Positions 36,425 to 49,824 of a stretch of DNA of 64,000 nucleotides are shown in pieces. Where the stretch lies: assembly GCA_051362555.1 (NCBI GenBank), contig CM120649.1, positions 15,328,567 through 15,392,566 of the forward strand, in the 5' to 3' direction. The stretch's first letter is position 1; each line of letters begins with the position of its first letter. The notes below the pieces were generated by a model. That model searched no databases, was not told the DNA's origin, and saw only the letters and a program-made list of their open reading frames with translations. The position numbers and the translations under genes were made by a program. The DNA comes from Lingula anatina (taxonomy: Eukaryota; Animalia; Brachiopoda).

Positions 36425-37957
36425 TGAACACCTGAAACAGTAACTACTCAATTACATACACTTATTTCTGTACACTTCTTACTAAATACAAAACTTTTAA
36501 CCTTATCATAACTCTAAAGTCACTTTATACATTAAGTAATAACATAGGTTCTATTGCTTAATCTTGCATAAAAGTTTGTCCTCTTAAACCCCTTAAACTT
36601 GACATTGGACTACAACCAAAGTTCCTTGCCTGTAATAAAGCATAATCTTAATAAAACATTGAACGCACTTTCAATACTTAACAGGTAAAAAAAACTAATG
36701 CTACAGAGGTGATTGTGCTTGTTACATTCGAGTTTTAGAATAATAGCTATAACTGCCATTTTTCCTGTACAACAGAATATATTATATTTCTATGAGTTGT
36801 TTTTATTGTGAAATATAGATCTCAAAGAGCTATTATCCGTTTTAATACATTAACAATGATAATGTACCTTGACATTTGACAGGTTTCCACTTAATTTTAG
36901 CAAACAGCAAGTGAAGCATGACTGCTGATGCCCATTGCAACATACATATAGTTCCTGGAAACTTTACATATTAATGCGTTCATGTAAAATGATCCAAACT
37001 AAAGTGCACTCACCTATGTAACAGAAGAAAAACGTTGACCCTACCACTAAATCAATAAAACATAAAAAATGTCCAAGAAAAGCATACAAAACGCAATTTT
37101 AATGCGAACTATTTATGTTGCCTACTAAACCTAAGGATGTGCAATGTCCGCAGACAAAATGAAAATCCTTTCTCACCTAATGCAATCTAATGCTGACTTA
37201 ACAGTGACTTCCTTTGACAAATAGAAATATCTCTTGATAAATATACTGGATAAATTTTGTTATTCTCAGAACAATATAAAGAGAAATATGATTTTACGCA
37301 GTAGTGAAAAAAGTAGAATATGTTTCACTTATTATGGAAAATTTGTTTGTCCCATCTTCTTGAAAGTAATTGTGTAAGTTGTGTAGTTGGGGGGGGGGGG
37401 GGGGGGGGGGGGGGCAGCTGCCCCCCCTGGGATTTGAGGTGCAAAAAAAAAAATAAATAAATAAATAATAATCGCAAAGGTAAATAATAATTAATAAAAT
37501 AATAATTGCAAAGTTGGTATCAATTCTGTGAGAAAATGCACTCATGGCCACTAGACAATCATTCAACAATCTGTTAACAAAGGTGTACTGTTTTTAGCCA
37601 ACTCAGTTCATGCCAAAAAGCTCACCCTCCCTTAGGGAGCTATCCTTAGGGGAGCTATACTAATGGCAAAATGAACCCACAATTTCTGACTTCTGATTGA
37701 GCAATAAAACAGTTAAAATGCACCAGAATGCAGTATTATACATACAGTTTTTAAAAATTTTCCACACCATGGGAGGGGGACACCCCCTCCCAAACCCTCC
37801 CCCCTCGGGGGCTTCGACCCCTCGTGTCTGCTACTGCCCCCCCTGGCATTTTGCTCAGGCCCTCAGGGTTCCCATGCCTAGATTGATCCATCTGGATCGA
37901 TCTATCTCCCTGGAGATGTCTGTCACGCCTACTGAATCAGCTGGGGTAATTATCTTC

Positions 37958-38261
37958 AGGAATCATTACAGAGATGTGGGTACAGATATGACCAAGACTG
38001 GAGGTAGATATGGGGGGGGGGGGGGGGGTCACATATTGATTACAATTGGTCTATTGATAATGAGACATGGATGTGGTGATATCTTCTATTATCTGATTAA
38101 ATTGATTAATCATTCAGTGTTTACCTATCAAGCTTAAAGTAATCAAATCTATCACTAGCTCTTTATCTTCCCCGTAGACACAAAAAAAATTAGATTTTGT
38201 TTTCTCCTTGCAGGACACACAAGATTGCGTGGAAAACTGATAGCAACCATAGATGTCAGCA
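37958..38261 (+). pseudogene. Relic copy of the 9699-10202 exon pair
   Basis: AGAGATGTGGGTACAGATATGACCAAGACTGGAG|gtagat and ttgcag|GACACACAAGATTGCGTGGAAAACTGATAGCAACCATAGATGTC. Confidence 0.7.
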
Positions 38262-38687
38262 CGTGGAGTTAGCGGGATAAAGTGTGGAAGCGGACAGGTC
38301 AGAATAGTGTTACGTTTCTTTAGGCTTCCAGCCGGTATTTATTGACACACGTCCTCTTGAGGATACACCGTCTAGCAGGTAAATTTGTGTGGACAATCAG
38401 GTTTCCAAGATAAGAAACACACAACAGAAAGCCAGCAATGTAAGTTATCATTGTTTGTTGGTAGAAGAAAGTTCAACTTTCTTTATTACAGTTAAAATTA
38501 TTTTTTTTAATACTTCGTTTTCTTTTCTTAAATGACATATATATATTTTTATTATTAATATTATTACTTTTTTGTTTTTAGTTGGACATGTGTATCTGAC
38601 GAGAACTTATCACTAAAAGCACACATGTGCAACACATGTAACAATGAAGTGCACATAGGTGACAGGGCTGGTCACCATAGGGTTGAC

Positions 38688-39215
38688 CATCAATCGCATT
38701 ATCCAAGAACATTGAAAAGTAAAGGTACTATCTTTACAGTAGCTTAGCTCGCCAGGACCTGGGCTTAGTGAACGCGAAAAAGAAATACAAGAATAAAAAA
38801 GATGCCTCAGGAACAGTTTCACGCGTTGATCGAGAACAAATGCCAACTGACGGAGCAGAGACAGGTGGAGGCTGACAGACAAGGACTCTGATGGGCGGAA
38901 GAGGAGAGACATTCTCTGCAAGACTTATCAGATCTGTTTCATCCCTGCGATTGAACAGTCCATTCTAAAACCCTTGAGTGGATAGATCAGATGGAGAAAG
39001 CGATCTCCTGTGGCCACGGCAACATTACAAACTGTGCTACAAGGTTGGCCCTGAAGACTAGCAGAGGTGCCCTAGCAGCAGAGGTTGATTATTGCCTTTG
39101 CCAACAAAATGATTACTACGGCACAGGTGTGGTAACTCTACGAGATCACATCCACTACTCGTTCCTGTCACCTTATGAGGCAGCCTGTCTTCAGACAGAG
39201 ATGGAGCAACTTTGG
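38688..39215 (+). pseudogene. Degenerate Gypsy gag fragment; 7 copies (also about 46351, 49143, 52458, 55211, 59888, 63203)
   Basis: LALKTSRGALAAEVDYCL..TLRDHIHYSFLSPYEAACLQTE resembles the gag at about 40340-40500 (LACRVSRGSLKREIERFL..LKDHIQRSFLSCNETERLKTE), which continues into a CCHC knuckle and protease. Confidence 0.7.
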
Positions 39216-39532
39216 TATTGATATTATTATCATTATTATTAGTATCATCAGTTACTCTTAGAATAGTTTCAGGTAAAAAGAAATTGTGCATATTAGTCCT
39301 CAATGTATCCATTATTATTATTATTATTTTTTAAAAATATTAGTTAGATATGTCTTTTTTTTTGTCTCTATGTATACTTTATATTATTGTCTTTGTTATT
39401 TTTTTTCTGTTTCTCTCAGTAAATGATCCTGTGTGCCACTTCATGTATCGATAATTAATAATTTTATTAGTTGACTTACAATTTCTATAGTTATTCATTC
39501 TATTTTCTGCAATAAAAAAAAAGAATAGTGAG

Positions 39533-39720
39533 GAGTGTTTATATGGCATTTAACTGCTGTGCCACAGATATGACCTGGGTTTAAACTCGTTTAGAACTTT
39601 GTAGCCAAGGTGAAGACAGTGTACATGTGTGATGTTGGTTTTGTACACGGATTGATTAAGTCAACACCACACAGAAGAATTCCAATAAAATGGATGTCAG
39701 AGGAGCAAAGTATGTCATCT
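39533..39720 (+). pseudogene. Fused B-box module 2/4 relic (copies at about 47216, 53328, 56072, 57968)
   Basis: Across copies reads YGILLLCHRCDLGL and CDVGFVHGLIKSTPHRRIPI..SEEQ, versus copy A LLLCYRCDQRMH and CDDFVHG..CHKRIPV..TEEQ. Confidence 0.65.
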
Positions 39721-40279
39721 TATCTGACCCCTCCCTCCCCCAAGGTATCAGAAGAACCAGAAGGACAGAGATGACATTGTTCTGGGGCATGCTGCAGTAT
39801 CTGAACTTGTGCAAGGAGAACAAAACTGAAGAGTGTAAAGACTTTTTCGACACAGTCGTAGATTTGTATATATAGTTTCCTTAGATAAGAATACAACAGA
39901 TTACTGTAACAGCATGTTTCTTGTTTAGGGAATAATTTAAGCTACTGGACTTATTAATGATTGACTAGTGAGGAGTTAGATACTTCAATTTGTGAATATT
40001 TCTTTTCTAGAGAACCCTGTCCAGATGGGTCAGACTGACCACCAAGAGACCATCACCAGATGGTCAGGAATCTTTGCAGCAGTGTCAGACGAGCTGCATC
40101 AAGAAAAAGACAAAAATATAAAAGATGCCACCAGAAGGTAAACATTTCAGAAGAAACAATAAAACTAAACAAAGTTAAAGAACCCAAAAAATACACCTGC
40201 CAGTGTAGGTTAATTGACCAATGCAGCTGCCGTTTGCCAGGATTGTTATCCTTCATTTGCTTTGCTGTATTGTGAAACG

Positions 40280-42341
40280 GTGAGTTTTTGGAAGAGATTG
40301 ACTCAGCTGAACACCAGGTGGCATCGGTGAGTAATAGACAAGTGAAACTAGCCTGTAGAGTCTCTAGAGGTAGTTTAAAAAGGGAAATCGAGCGTTTTCT
40401 AAAAGCACAACAAGACGGAAAATATTACATGGCCGGTATTAAAAGACCACATTCAAAGATCGTTTCTCTCGTGCAACGAAACTGAGAGGCTTAAGACCGA
40501 AGTAAAGCATTACATACAGTCGCCTTACAAAAACCTAACCTCTTACAACAGAAAATTCCGAGAAAAGGCTAATAGAGCTTTTCCAATTCCTAGAACGGGT
40601 GAAGGGGAACGCCATGTCCTTAGGGCATATGCGAAAGGGTTACTTGATCATAATCTGGCCGAAGATCTAATAGTAAGGGGCCAGCCAAACACTCTGGCAG
40701 ATACCTTGGACTGGACCGAAACGCAGAATGCTAATAGAAGTCTATTGTCAATTAAAAGGGGAAGCCACTCAGGCTTTCAGAATAGAAGAAGACATGGAGA
40801 TAGGGGTAGTTAACTCGAAAAAAGAAACTGATACCTACATGCGCCTAATTTTGGATGTGGTGCAAAAATCTGAAGAAAGATTACAAACCAGAATTGCAAA
40901 ACTAGAAGCTAACCAGGCACAAAAATTACATACACCACTACAGTCACAAAGCAGGAAGTATAAATGGACGCCGGATGGGGCCCCGGTGTGTTTTTACTGC
41001 AATAAACCCGGCCACAGGCAAAGAGAGTGCTATCAAAGAAAGGGAAGTATAAAACAAGAGAGCAGGGTAGGGTACCAACACAATCCACATTACAATTTTG
41101 CACAACAACGCACACAGCCACTAGGTAACAGACACAACCGTTTAAACTAGAGGACGCGGAATCGGGCAGATATGATAACCGGTTGGGAATTAGTTTGAAT
41201 TTTTTCGGATATCAGTTTAAAGCCTTAATTGATACAGGTGCAGCTGTTTCGATTCTGCGTAAAGATGTTTTTAAGAAAATTTGTGCCAAAGTAGGAAGAT
41301 GCCATTTATTAGCAAAGTCAGGAAATCTGTTTAGTGTCTCTGGTGGAAAATTAGATGTAAGAGGGATTGCCAACCTCAAGATAGAAAACATAGGGTTAGT
41401 AGAATTAGTTGTAGTAGAGGGCATATCTCAAGAAATGATAGTGGGAAATGATTTGCTTGAAAAAGGGCAAGGTAAAATAGATTATGTGGCCAAAACACTG
41501 ACATGGTTCGATAAGGAATGGTCTTTGGAGAAAAATGAGAAAGAAGTAGAAATAAATGAAATTGTCAAATTGCCCAAATCTTCGGGAAACAAAGAAATAG
41601 ATGATCTGACCCTAGAATATGCAGATATTTTCAGTGGAAAAGAAGGACCCGTAGGTTACTGTAATATATTACCCATGAAAATAAATACGGGTGACGCCGC
41701 CCCAATCAGATCACGAGCCTACAGAGCCCCAATACATAAGCGAAAAATCATTGAAGAAGAGATAGAAAAGATGTTAAAAGACGGTGTTATTAGACCAAGC
41801 ACCTCGGACTGGTGTAGTCCTGTCACACTTGTTCCTAAACAGGATAACACTATGCGATTTTGCGTAGATTATCGAAAACTTAATCAAGTTATCAAACGTG
41901 ACATGTTTCCCATCCCACTGATTCAAGACATTTTTGATGATTTAGGAGAGGCTACTGTTTACTCTGTTGCTGACCTAAAATCTGGATTTTTTTCAAATCC
42001 CAGTTGCAGAACAAGACAAACACAAAACTGCGTTCATCTAACACAAAGGGTTATACGAAGTCAACGTCATTCCATTCGGGACGGTTAATGGGCCCGCGCA
42101 TTTTGAACGCGTAATGGAAATAGTTTTAAATGACTTAATAGGTGTTTGCGTTCGCGTTTACATTGATGACTTGATCATATACTCGAAAAATATAGAGGAA
42201 CATCGCGAACATCTCAGATTAGTTTTCAATAGATTACAAAAAGCTGGTCTAAAGCTGAAGTCTTCAAAGTGCAGCTTCGCCCAAACAGAAGTTAAACTTC
42301 TAGGGTACGTAGTTAGCAAAGAAGGAATTAGAAGCGACCCG
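40280..42341 (+). mobile_element. LTR-less internal Gypsy gag-protease-RT fragment, frameshifted
   Basis: CFYCNKPGHRQREC, LIDTGAAVS, FCVDYRKLN, VYIDDLIIYS, LLGYVV; truncated at IRSDP. Confidence 0.92.
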
Positions 42342-42929
42342 TGTGATGATTTAATACACAGCTTGGTTAAATCATCTACACACAGAACTGTTAGATCATT
42401 TATTTACAAAGTTCAAGTCCAATTTCAATTTATTATTTAATGTACACAAATACATACAGATAATTTACTTCATGTATCATTCATAGGCATGTGTGTCTGT
42501 ATCAGTAGTCTTACACAACAGAGTGAAACAGGTTTTAGATGCAATCAACTATGCAGATACCTAGCACTGTGACAGTAATTAACTAGTAGGTGACCACTCC
42601 AAGGTAGATAACCAAGGTAGATAACATGGACAAGAAAACTTGCCAGCCAGATCGGCATCTAGCCAAACAGGTTAATTGCACTTGTGCAACATTACACTAG
42701 TTATTAACTCTTGCATGAGTCTGTTCAGTATGTAACTCTAGGACATAGCAGTTTATCTGTCCCTTGAACTAGAAGGTCCACTGGAGACCTGGTGTAATTA
42801 AGTACAATTAAAATTATTACAAGTCAGGTGACCAAAGGCACCTGTCCATCAAACCTAATGTTATCCAATAGAAATTTGGACAGCCTCCACCTTCCATGTA
42901 ACTCCCTGATAAAAAAAGGTAGCAACTGA

Positions 42930-45217
42930 CCAACTCGTGTGGGCTTCAAATGTTATCCCTTGGGGCAAAACTCATGTGCGCCCCATTTTCAACGCGATTT
43001 CAACTCTTAAAAAGGCGGCACACAAGTGCAAACTCGATTCTCTTCGCCGGGACTTCCTTTGATGGAATAAATGGCTTATTGCAGGAAACAACCCCAGACT
43101 AATCTGGGATTTCCGTCCAGAATGTCATGTATTCAAAGACTCCAGTGTTTTTGCAGGTGGAGCCTTCCACAATGGAGACTGGCGCCAGCCATATCAACGT
43201 AAAGGAACTTGCAGCCATTGTCCTTGCAGCTTACAGATGGGGACACCTGTGGTCTTCATGCCGGGTCATTGTCCACACGGATAGCGAGGTCGCCATGCAC
43301 ATCTTAAACAAAGGAGCGTCACCCAATCACATGTGTAAAGACCTCCTTAAGGACTTATCGTTTTTATCCCTGAAGCATATCGCAGAAAAAGACAATGGGA
43401 TGGCCGACGCCGTATCAAGAATACACAACCTGAACTCGTGCGCGCTTCATTAACTTTTTGTCCGTTTTTTATTTGTACCACAATACCAAACCTCCTCTTT
43501 ACAATCTTAGGAATCACATGACTGACTTATCTTTATTTTCTCTCTTCTTCACTCAGATCACGTGCAGCTGCGCCAGCAACTAGATGAGGAGGTAGTCTTT
43601 TGGAGATCCCAGCTATTCGCACCGTCCACTAAGAGCACTTACAAATCCCACCTTCGCGCCTACGCCAAATTCTGCGCCGAGATAAAGTGTGTGCCCGTTC
43701 CTATCTCGTCCGCAAATCTCTGCAGATATGCAGCGTATCGGGCTCGCACATGCGGCGTATCTACCCTTTGCCAGTACCTGAACATAGTTAGGATTATTCA
43801 TTTGGAATTCGGGTTCCCAAACCCTCTCTCCTCGTGGGATGTTAAGGCTACCATCGGCGGGATAAAACGGCACAAACAGGACCCCAGCCGACAGAAATCA
43901 CCAATACTCCCGTTCCACCTGCTCCAACTGCGTTCTACCCTTATTCTAAGCGACCTAGACCAGCTGCAGACGTGGGCAGCTTGCTTAACTGCGTTTTTCG
44001 GCATGCTCAGAGTCAGCAACTTCACAGCGAAATCGCAATCAGATCTGGGTCATTCTATCCTGCAGCGTGACGTGACTTTCACTAAGAGAGGGTGCACCAT
44101 ATGGGTGACTAAGTCAAAAACCAACCAGTTCAGCCAAAGAACTCACATCATCACCCTTCCTTTCATGCCAGGGAACACACTATGTCCTACTACAGCACTG
44201 ACAGCTTTTTTCAAACTGTCGCTCGAGATGCCAGAATCAGCGCCCCTCTTCGCTACCCTAAAGGACGATACTACAGTCCACCTCACGTCTGCGAGCTTCC
44301 GCCATAGACTGACAAAATCCCTGGGAACAATAGGCCTTTCACCTACTGTCTATAATACCCACAGTTTGCGGAGAGGGGGGGCTACCTGGCTGCTGTCCGT
44401 GGGTACCCCCCTAGGGATGGTTAAATCAATGGGCGACTGGTCAAGTGACGCTGTTTTTGAATATATTAAGCCCACCCCTGATATGAAATATGACACTATG
44501 CACAAGGCCATCAAACAAACTTAGGCCGTCCCGGTAACTACCCGTAATAAACTGTTTCAGACTTTAGTTTATAACTACTTTGGGTTGGGGTATAGTCGTT
44601 TCATCATCAGTAGGTTTTTATATACAGTTATTTTCCATTGTGTCAACCTTTTTTCTTTAAACGAATTGTTATACTATATATATTTCAATCGTATGTAGTT
44701 AGTCATTTATTTATTTGCTTAAATAAACTCTGCAAGCCCGAAAGTGTGTTGGTTTTAAGTACTCTTTTCGTTCAACGGAAAGTGATTTAAAACCACCACT
44801 GGAGGGCGCGCCGCTCGCGGTCCCCGTCGTGGGAGCCTATCAAATTTAAGGCCGTTAGCCGAAAACAGCCACGTGACTCTTTTAAAATCGGCAATTAGAG
44901 CGTTGGCAGCGAGCGAGGAAGAAGCGTGTAGGGAGCAGGCACTCTCCCTCTTCCTCTGGTGCTTCATATTTGTTGCGTCTTTATTTCCCACCCACCCACC
45001 CTCAAGGGGGTGTACGTAAAATTCCAGACTTGCAACTCAGCATGGGGGGTATAGTCGTTTCATCATCAGTAGGTTTTTAAATACAGTTATTTTCCATTGT
45101 GTCAACCTTTTTTCTTTAAACGAATTGTTATACTATATATATTTCAATTGTATGTAGTTAGTCGTTTATTTATTTGCTTAAATAAACTCTGCAAGCCCGA
45201 AAGTGTGTTGGTTTTAA
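42930..45217 (+). mobile_element. 3' half of an Ngaro-type (DIRS order) tyrosine-recombinase retrotransposon
   Basis: RNase H relic (HINVKELAAI..HTDSE..NGMADAVSR, 43127-43453), YR ORF, then split direct repeats B1 44587-44758, A2 44759-45045, B2 45046-45217. Left boundary approximate. Confidence 0.85.
43562..44524 (+). CDS. Tyrosine recombinase (DIRS/Ngaro type)
   Basis: 320-aa open frame with a GTG start call. Catalytic residues LRVSN, SKT, HSLRRGGA and GDWSSDAVFEY are all present. Confidence 0.9.
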   Translation: MQLRQQLDEEVVFWRSQLFAPSTKSTYKSHLRAYAKFCAEIKCVPVPISSANLCRYAAYRARTCGVSTLCQYLNIVRIIHLEFGFPNPLSSWDVKATIGGIKRHKQDPSRQKSPILPFHLLQLRSTLILSDLDQLQTWAACLTAFFGMLRVSNFTAKSQSDLGHSILQRDVTFTKRGCTIWVTKSKTNQFSQRTHIITLPFMPGNTLCPTTALTAFFKLSLEMPESAPLFATLKDDTTVHLTSASFRHRLTKSLGTIGLSPTVYNTHSLRRGGATWLLSVGTPLGMVKSMGDWSSDAVFEYIKPTPDMKYDTMHKAIKQT

Positions 45218-45529
45218 TATCATTATTATTAGTATCATCAGTTACTCTTAGAATAGTTTAAGGTATAAAAAAAATTGTGCGTATTAGTCCTCAATTTATC
45301 CATTATTATTATTATTTTTTAAAATATATATTAGTTAGATATATTTTTTTTTGTCTCTATGTATACTTTATATTATTGTCTGTCATTTTTTTTTCTGTTT
45401 CTCTCAGTATATGATCCTGTGTACCACTTCAGGTATCGATAATTAATTATTTTATTAGCTGACTTACAATTCTATAGTTAATCATTCTATTTTCTGCAAT
45501 TAAAAAAAAAGAATAGTGAGGAGTGTTTC

Positions 45530-45710
45530 AGGTGAGCTCCTTGAAGAAACTAACAAACATAAAAAAGATGATTACTGTGGAATATGCAAATCCGAAGTAG
45601 AAAAAATCTGTTTGGACTGTGAGAACAAACTTTGTGCAAAATTTTTTTCGCAAACACGACAGAGAAGTCCATACAAATTTACAAACAACATTCCATCAGA
45701 AGATAAAATG
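45530..45710 (+). pseudogene. B-box module 3 relic (copies at about 51657, 62401)
   Basis: CGICKSEVEKICLDCENKLCAKF / frameshift / RKHDREVHTNLQTTFHQKIK versus copy B CYDCISQADVICFDCEHRYCLKFCHRHVDELHRNISSTFHHRIK. Confidence 0.8.
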
Positions 45711-45829
45711 AACAGACGAAACAATGACAAAAAGTTTATGAACCCAAAACATACACGTTGTAAAGTTAATATGAATTTCGATTATATATTTTGACTTTAT
45801 TTTAAATATTTTAATTTTATTTTTAATTT

Positions 45830-46351
45830 TGAAATTAGACCTAAGACAGAGTTTGTGTGGTTCTTTCTATTAATTGACTATCGGACAACAAGTGGATGGA
45901 CAGCACTACCTTTATGAGAAACAATGCTTTGATCTCTGGGAACCAGTGGATGAGGGGTCACACTACTACGTCATTAGAAGGACAGTAACAATTTCACTGA
46001 TCACTTATTATACAATATGATAAATCATTAAGTACCATTTAACTTTGCCAGAGGGGGACCGTCTGCATGTATAAAAGACTGATTTGGTGATGACTTGACA
46101 TATAGAGAGATAGAGACGAGAGTTCAGTTCTAGTTCTGAATTGAGTTGAGCAAGTTTACTCTGTAGGGGAATACGACGCGGTCGCGTAGAGTCAACTAGA
46201 TATCAGGAAGGGGACAGTTAGCGTTAACAAGGACATGCACCGTCGGTATTACCCCGTTTAATGATTTTTTAAATTAATAAAAAACTTCACCAGTGACGTT
46301 GTGGTTTTCTTTGGTTCATTAAGCCCAAAAGACCCTGCCCCAACTTTTGCA
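45830..46351 (+). mobile_element. LTR-like segment preceding a gag fragment (copies at about 51955-52458 and 62700-63203)
   Basis: TATAAAA at about 46070, AATAAA at about 46276, ends ..TTTTGCA directly before the gag relic. No partner LTR or TSD seen. Confidence 0.35.
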
Positions 46352-47834
46352 TGGCCAAACCATCATCGCGTTGTCCAAGAAGATTGAAAAGTAAAGGTAC
46401 TATCTTTACAGTGGCTTAGCTCGCCAGGACGTAGGCTTAGTGAACGCGAAAAAGAAAGACCAGAAAAAAAAGTCTTAGGAACAGTTCCACGCATTGATCG
46501 AGAACATCCCCCAACTGACGGAGCAGAGACACGTAGAGGCTGACAGACAAGGACTCCAATGGGCAGAAGAGAGGGAAAGACATTCTCTGCAAGACTTATC
46601 AGATCTGGTTCATCCCTGCGATGGAACAGTCCCTTCCAAAACCCTTGAATGGATAGATCAGATGGAGAGAGCAATCTCCTGTGGCCATGGCAACATTACA
46701 AACTGTGCTACAAGGTTGGCACTGAAGACTAGCAGAGGTGCCCTAGCGGCGGAGGTCAATTATTGCCTTTGCCAACAACATGATTACTATGGCACAGGTA
46801 GGGTAACTCTAGGAGATCACATCCACCACTCGTTCCTGTCACCTTAGGAGACAGCCTGTCTTCAGACGGAGATGGAGCAACTTTGGTATTGATATTATCA
46901 TCATTATTATTAGTATCATCACTTACTCTTAGAATAGTTTAAGGTATAAAAAAATTGTGCGTATTAGTCCTCAATGTATCCATTATTATTATTATTTTTT
47001 TAAATATATATTAGTTGGATATATCTTTTTTTTTTTGTCTCTATGTATACTTTATATTATTGTCTTTGTCATTTTTTTTTCTGTTTCTCTCAGTATATGA
47101 TCCTGTGTGCCACTTCAGGTATCGATAATTAATTATTTTATTAGTTGACTTACAATTCTATAGTTATCCATTCTATTTTCTGCAATTAAAAAAAAAAAAA
47201 GAAGAACAGTGAGGAGTGTTTATATGGCATTTTACTGCTGTGCCACAGATGTGACCTGGGTTTAAACTCATTAAGAACTTTGTAGCCAAGGTGAAGACAG
47301 TGTACATGTACGATGTTGGTTTTGTACATGGATTGATTAAGTCAACACCACACACAAAAATTCCAATAAAATGGATGTCAGAGGAGCAAAGCATGTCATC
47401 TTATCTGACCCCTCCCTCCCCCAAGGTGTCAGAAGAACCAGAAGGACAGAGATGACATTGTCCTGGGACATGCTGCCAGACAGTATCTGAACTTGTGCAA
47501 GGAGAACAAAACTGAAGAGCGTACAGACTTTTTCGACACAGTCGTAGATTTGTATATATAGTTTCCTTAGATAAGAATACAACAGATAACTGTAACAGCA
47601 TGTTTCTTGTTTAGGGAATAATTTAAGCCACTGGACTTATTAATGATTGACTAGTGAGGAGTTAGATACTTCAATTTGTGAATATTTCTTTTCTAGAGAA
47701 CTCTGTCCAGATGGGTCAGACTGACCACCAAGAGACCACCACCAAACGGTCAGGAATCTTTGCATACAGAGATATGGGCACCGATATGACCAAGACTGGA
47801 GGTAGATATGAGGGGTGGTCACATATTGATTACG

Positions 47835-47936
47835 TGTTCCTTGGGAAACTGCAACACTGCCACAGAGATAGTATGCCTCGACTGCTCATTCAGCCTCATC
47901 CCAAAGCTTTGCGACATTTGTTTAAAAAATCTGCAC
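47835..47936 (+). pseudogene. B-box module 1 relic (copies at 53933, 58580; diverged variant at about 57900)
   Basis: CSLGNCNTATEIVCLDCSFSLIPKLCDICLKNLH* versus copy A CAAEKCFSTAEEVCLDCYASFIPKLCNKCFRQRH. Confidence 0.85.
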
Positions 47937-47954
47937 TAGAATTTGGTCTAAATT

Positions 47955-48750
47955 AATGCCATACCTTTAAAGGCATTCTATGGCATCACAGGCCAAAGCA
48001 GAAAGTGGGAGCAGACATTATGGCTTTGGAGGCTAAAGACGTGGTTGTGGTAGATTATTCCAAATACCCTGAGACAAAAACAGTCAGGACCGTGTAATAC
48101 TACACTTAAAATCTACATTTGCAAGACATGGAATTCCTGAGACGATTGTCTCAGACAATATGCCATTTGGCAGTTATGACTTTATAAACTTTGCAAGAGA
48201 AAGGGGAATAAACCAGGATACCTCGAGTCCCCACTATTCTCAGTCAAATGGACAGAGCTAGAGAACAGTTCAGACTATTAAGAAAATCTTAAAGAAATCT
48301 ATAGGTACTGGAAGAGACCCATACCTTGCCTTGGGGTATCGTAATACTCCAATCTCAGGAATGGATTTTCCCCAGCTCAGATGTGAAGGAGCAGAGGTTT
48401 TCGGTTCTAAGTTACCAAGCTACTTGAACTGCAAGTAGTACTTCTGAAGCAGCAGATACATAGACGACAGCAGAGGTACAAAAGAATATATGACGAGGTA
48501 CAAGAGAATATACGACAGAAAAGCAAAGGAGTTACCCAAGTTAACCCCAGGAGAATCAGTCAATCTTTAATACCAGGGAGAATGGAAGCCAGCATCTGTT
48601 GTAAAGAGGGATGCACATCATCTGTTGTAAAGAGGGACGTACATCATCTGTTGTAAAGAGGGATGCACATCCTCGGTCCTATGTACACTGTAGTAAGCTA
48701 CAATGGTCATTCATTAAGGAGGAACAGAAGACAAGAGCCATACGCTAAAG
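47955..48750 (+). pseudogene. Degenerate Gypsy integrase fragment (copies at about 54054-54810 and 58700-59495)
   Basis: KVGADI..VVVDYSKYPE; FARHGIPETIVSDNMPF..TSSPHYSQSNGQS*RTVQTIK..YRNTP, with stops and small deletions. Confidence 0.85.
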
Positions 48751-49824
48751 CATATAAAAGAGTGAATAAAGATGGCTAAAAGCTTCAAACAATTTACACT
48801 AACACTTTTTTTGTGATTTGTGTGGACAATCAGGTTTCCAAGATAAGAAACACACAACAGAAAGCCAGCAATGTAAGTTATCATTGTTTGTTGATAGAAG
48901 AAAGTTCAACTTTCTTTATTACAGTTAAAATTATTTTTTTTAATACTTCGTTTTCTTTTCTTAAATGACATTACTATTTTTATTATTAATATTATTACTT
49001 TTTTGTTTTTAGTTGGACATGTGTATCTGACGAGAACTTATCACTAAAAGCACACATCTGCAACACATGTAACAATGAAGTGCACATAGGTGACAGGGCT
49101 GGTCACCTGATGGGCAATCAAACAGCAGTGTCAGACGTTGGCATGGCCAAACCATCAATTGCGTTATCCAAGAACATTGAAAAGTAAAGGTACTATCTTT
49201 ACAGTGGCTTAGCTCGCCAGGACCTGGGCTTAGTGAATGGGGAAAAAGAAATACCAGAAAAAAAAAAAGATGCCTCAGGAACAGTTTCACGCGTTGATCG
49301 AGAACATATGCCAACTGACGGAGCAGAGACAGGTGGAGGCTGACAGACAAGGACTCTGATGGGCGGAAGAGAGGGAGAGACATTCTCTGCAAGACTTATC
49401 AGATCTGTTTCATCCCTGCGATGGAACAGTCCCTTCTAAAACCCATGAATGGATAGATCAGATGGAGAGAGCGATCTCCTGTGGCCACGGCAACATTACA
49501 AACTGTGCTAAAAGGTTGGCCCTGAAGACTAGCAGAGGTGCCCTTTGCCAACAAAATTATTACTACGACACAGGTTGGGTAACTCTCCGAGATCACATCC
49601 ACCTCTCGTTCCTGTCACCTTACAAGACAGCCTGTCTTCAGACGGAGACAGAGTAATTATGGTATTGATATTATTATCATCAGTTACTCTTAGAATAGTT
49701 TAAGGTATAAAGAAATTGTGCCTATTAGTCCTCAACGTATCCATTATTATTATTATTTTTTTAAATATATATTAGTTAGATATGTCTTTTTTTTTTGTCT
49801 CTATGTATACTTTATATTATTAGG

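Noticed and set aside
29344-37860. G/C-run segments at about 29344-29480 and 37380-37860 as regulatory G-quadruplex elements
   Set aside because: They look like ends of common non-autonomous DNA transposons; matching termini or TSDs could not be defined.
40280-42341. Gypsy fragment as a spliceable intron (starts GTGAGT)
   Set aside because: No AG or polypyrimidine tract at the 3' junction, and the host sequence is already a relic.
43562-44524. Phage integrase or prokaryotic island
   Set aside because: Preceded by a DIRS-type RNase H and followed by split direct repeats, so it is a retrotransposon YR.
48593-48670. Three 26-bp repeats CATCTGTTGTAAAGAGGGA.. (also about 59338) as a CRISPR-like array
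   Set aside because: Head-to-tail with no unique spacers; a local slippage duplication inside an integrase relic in eukaryotic DNA.
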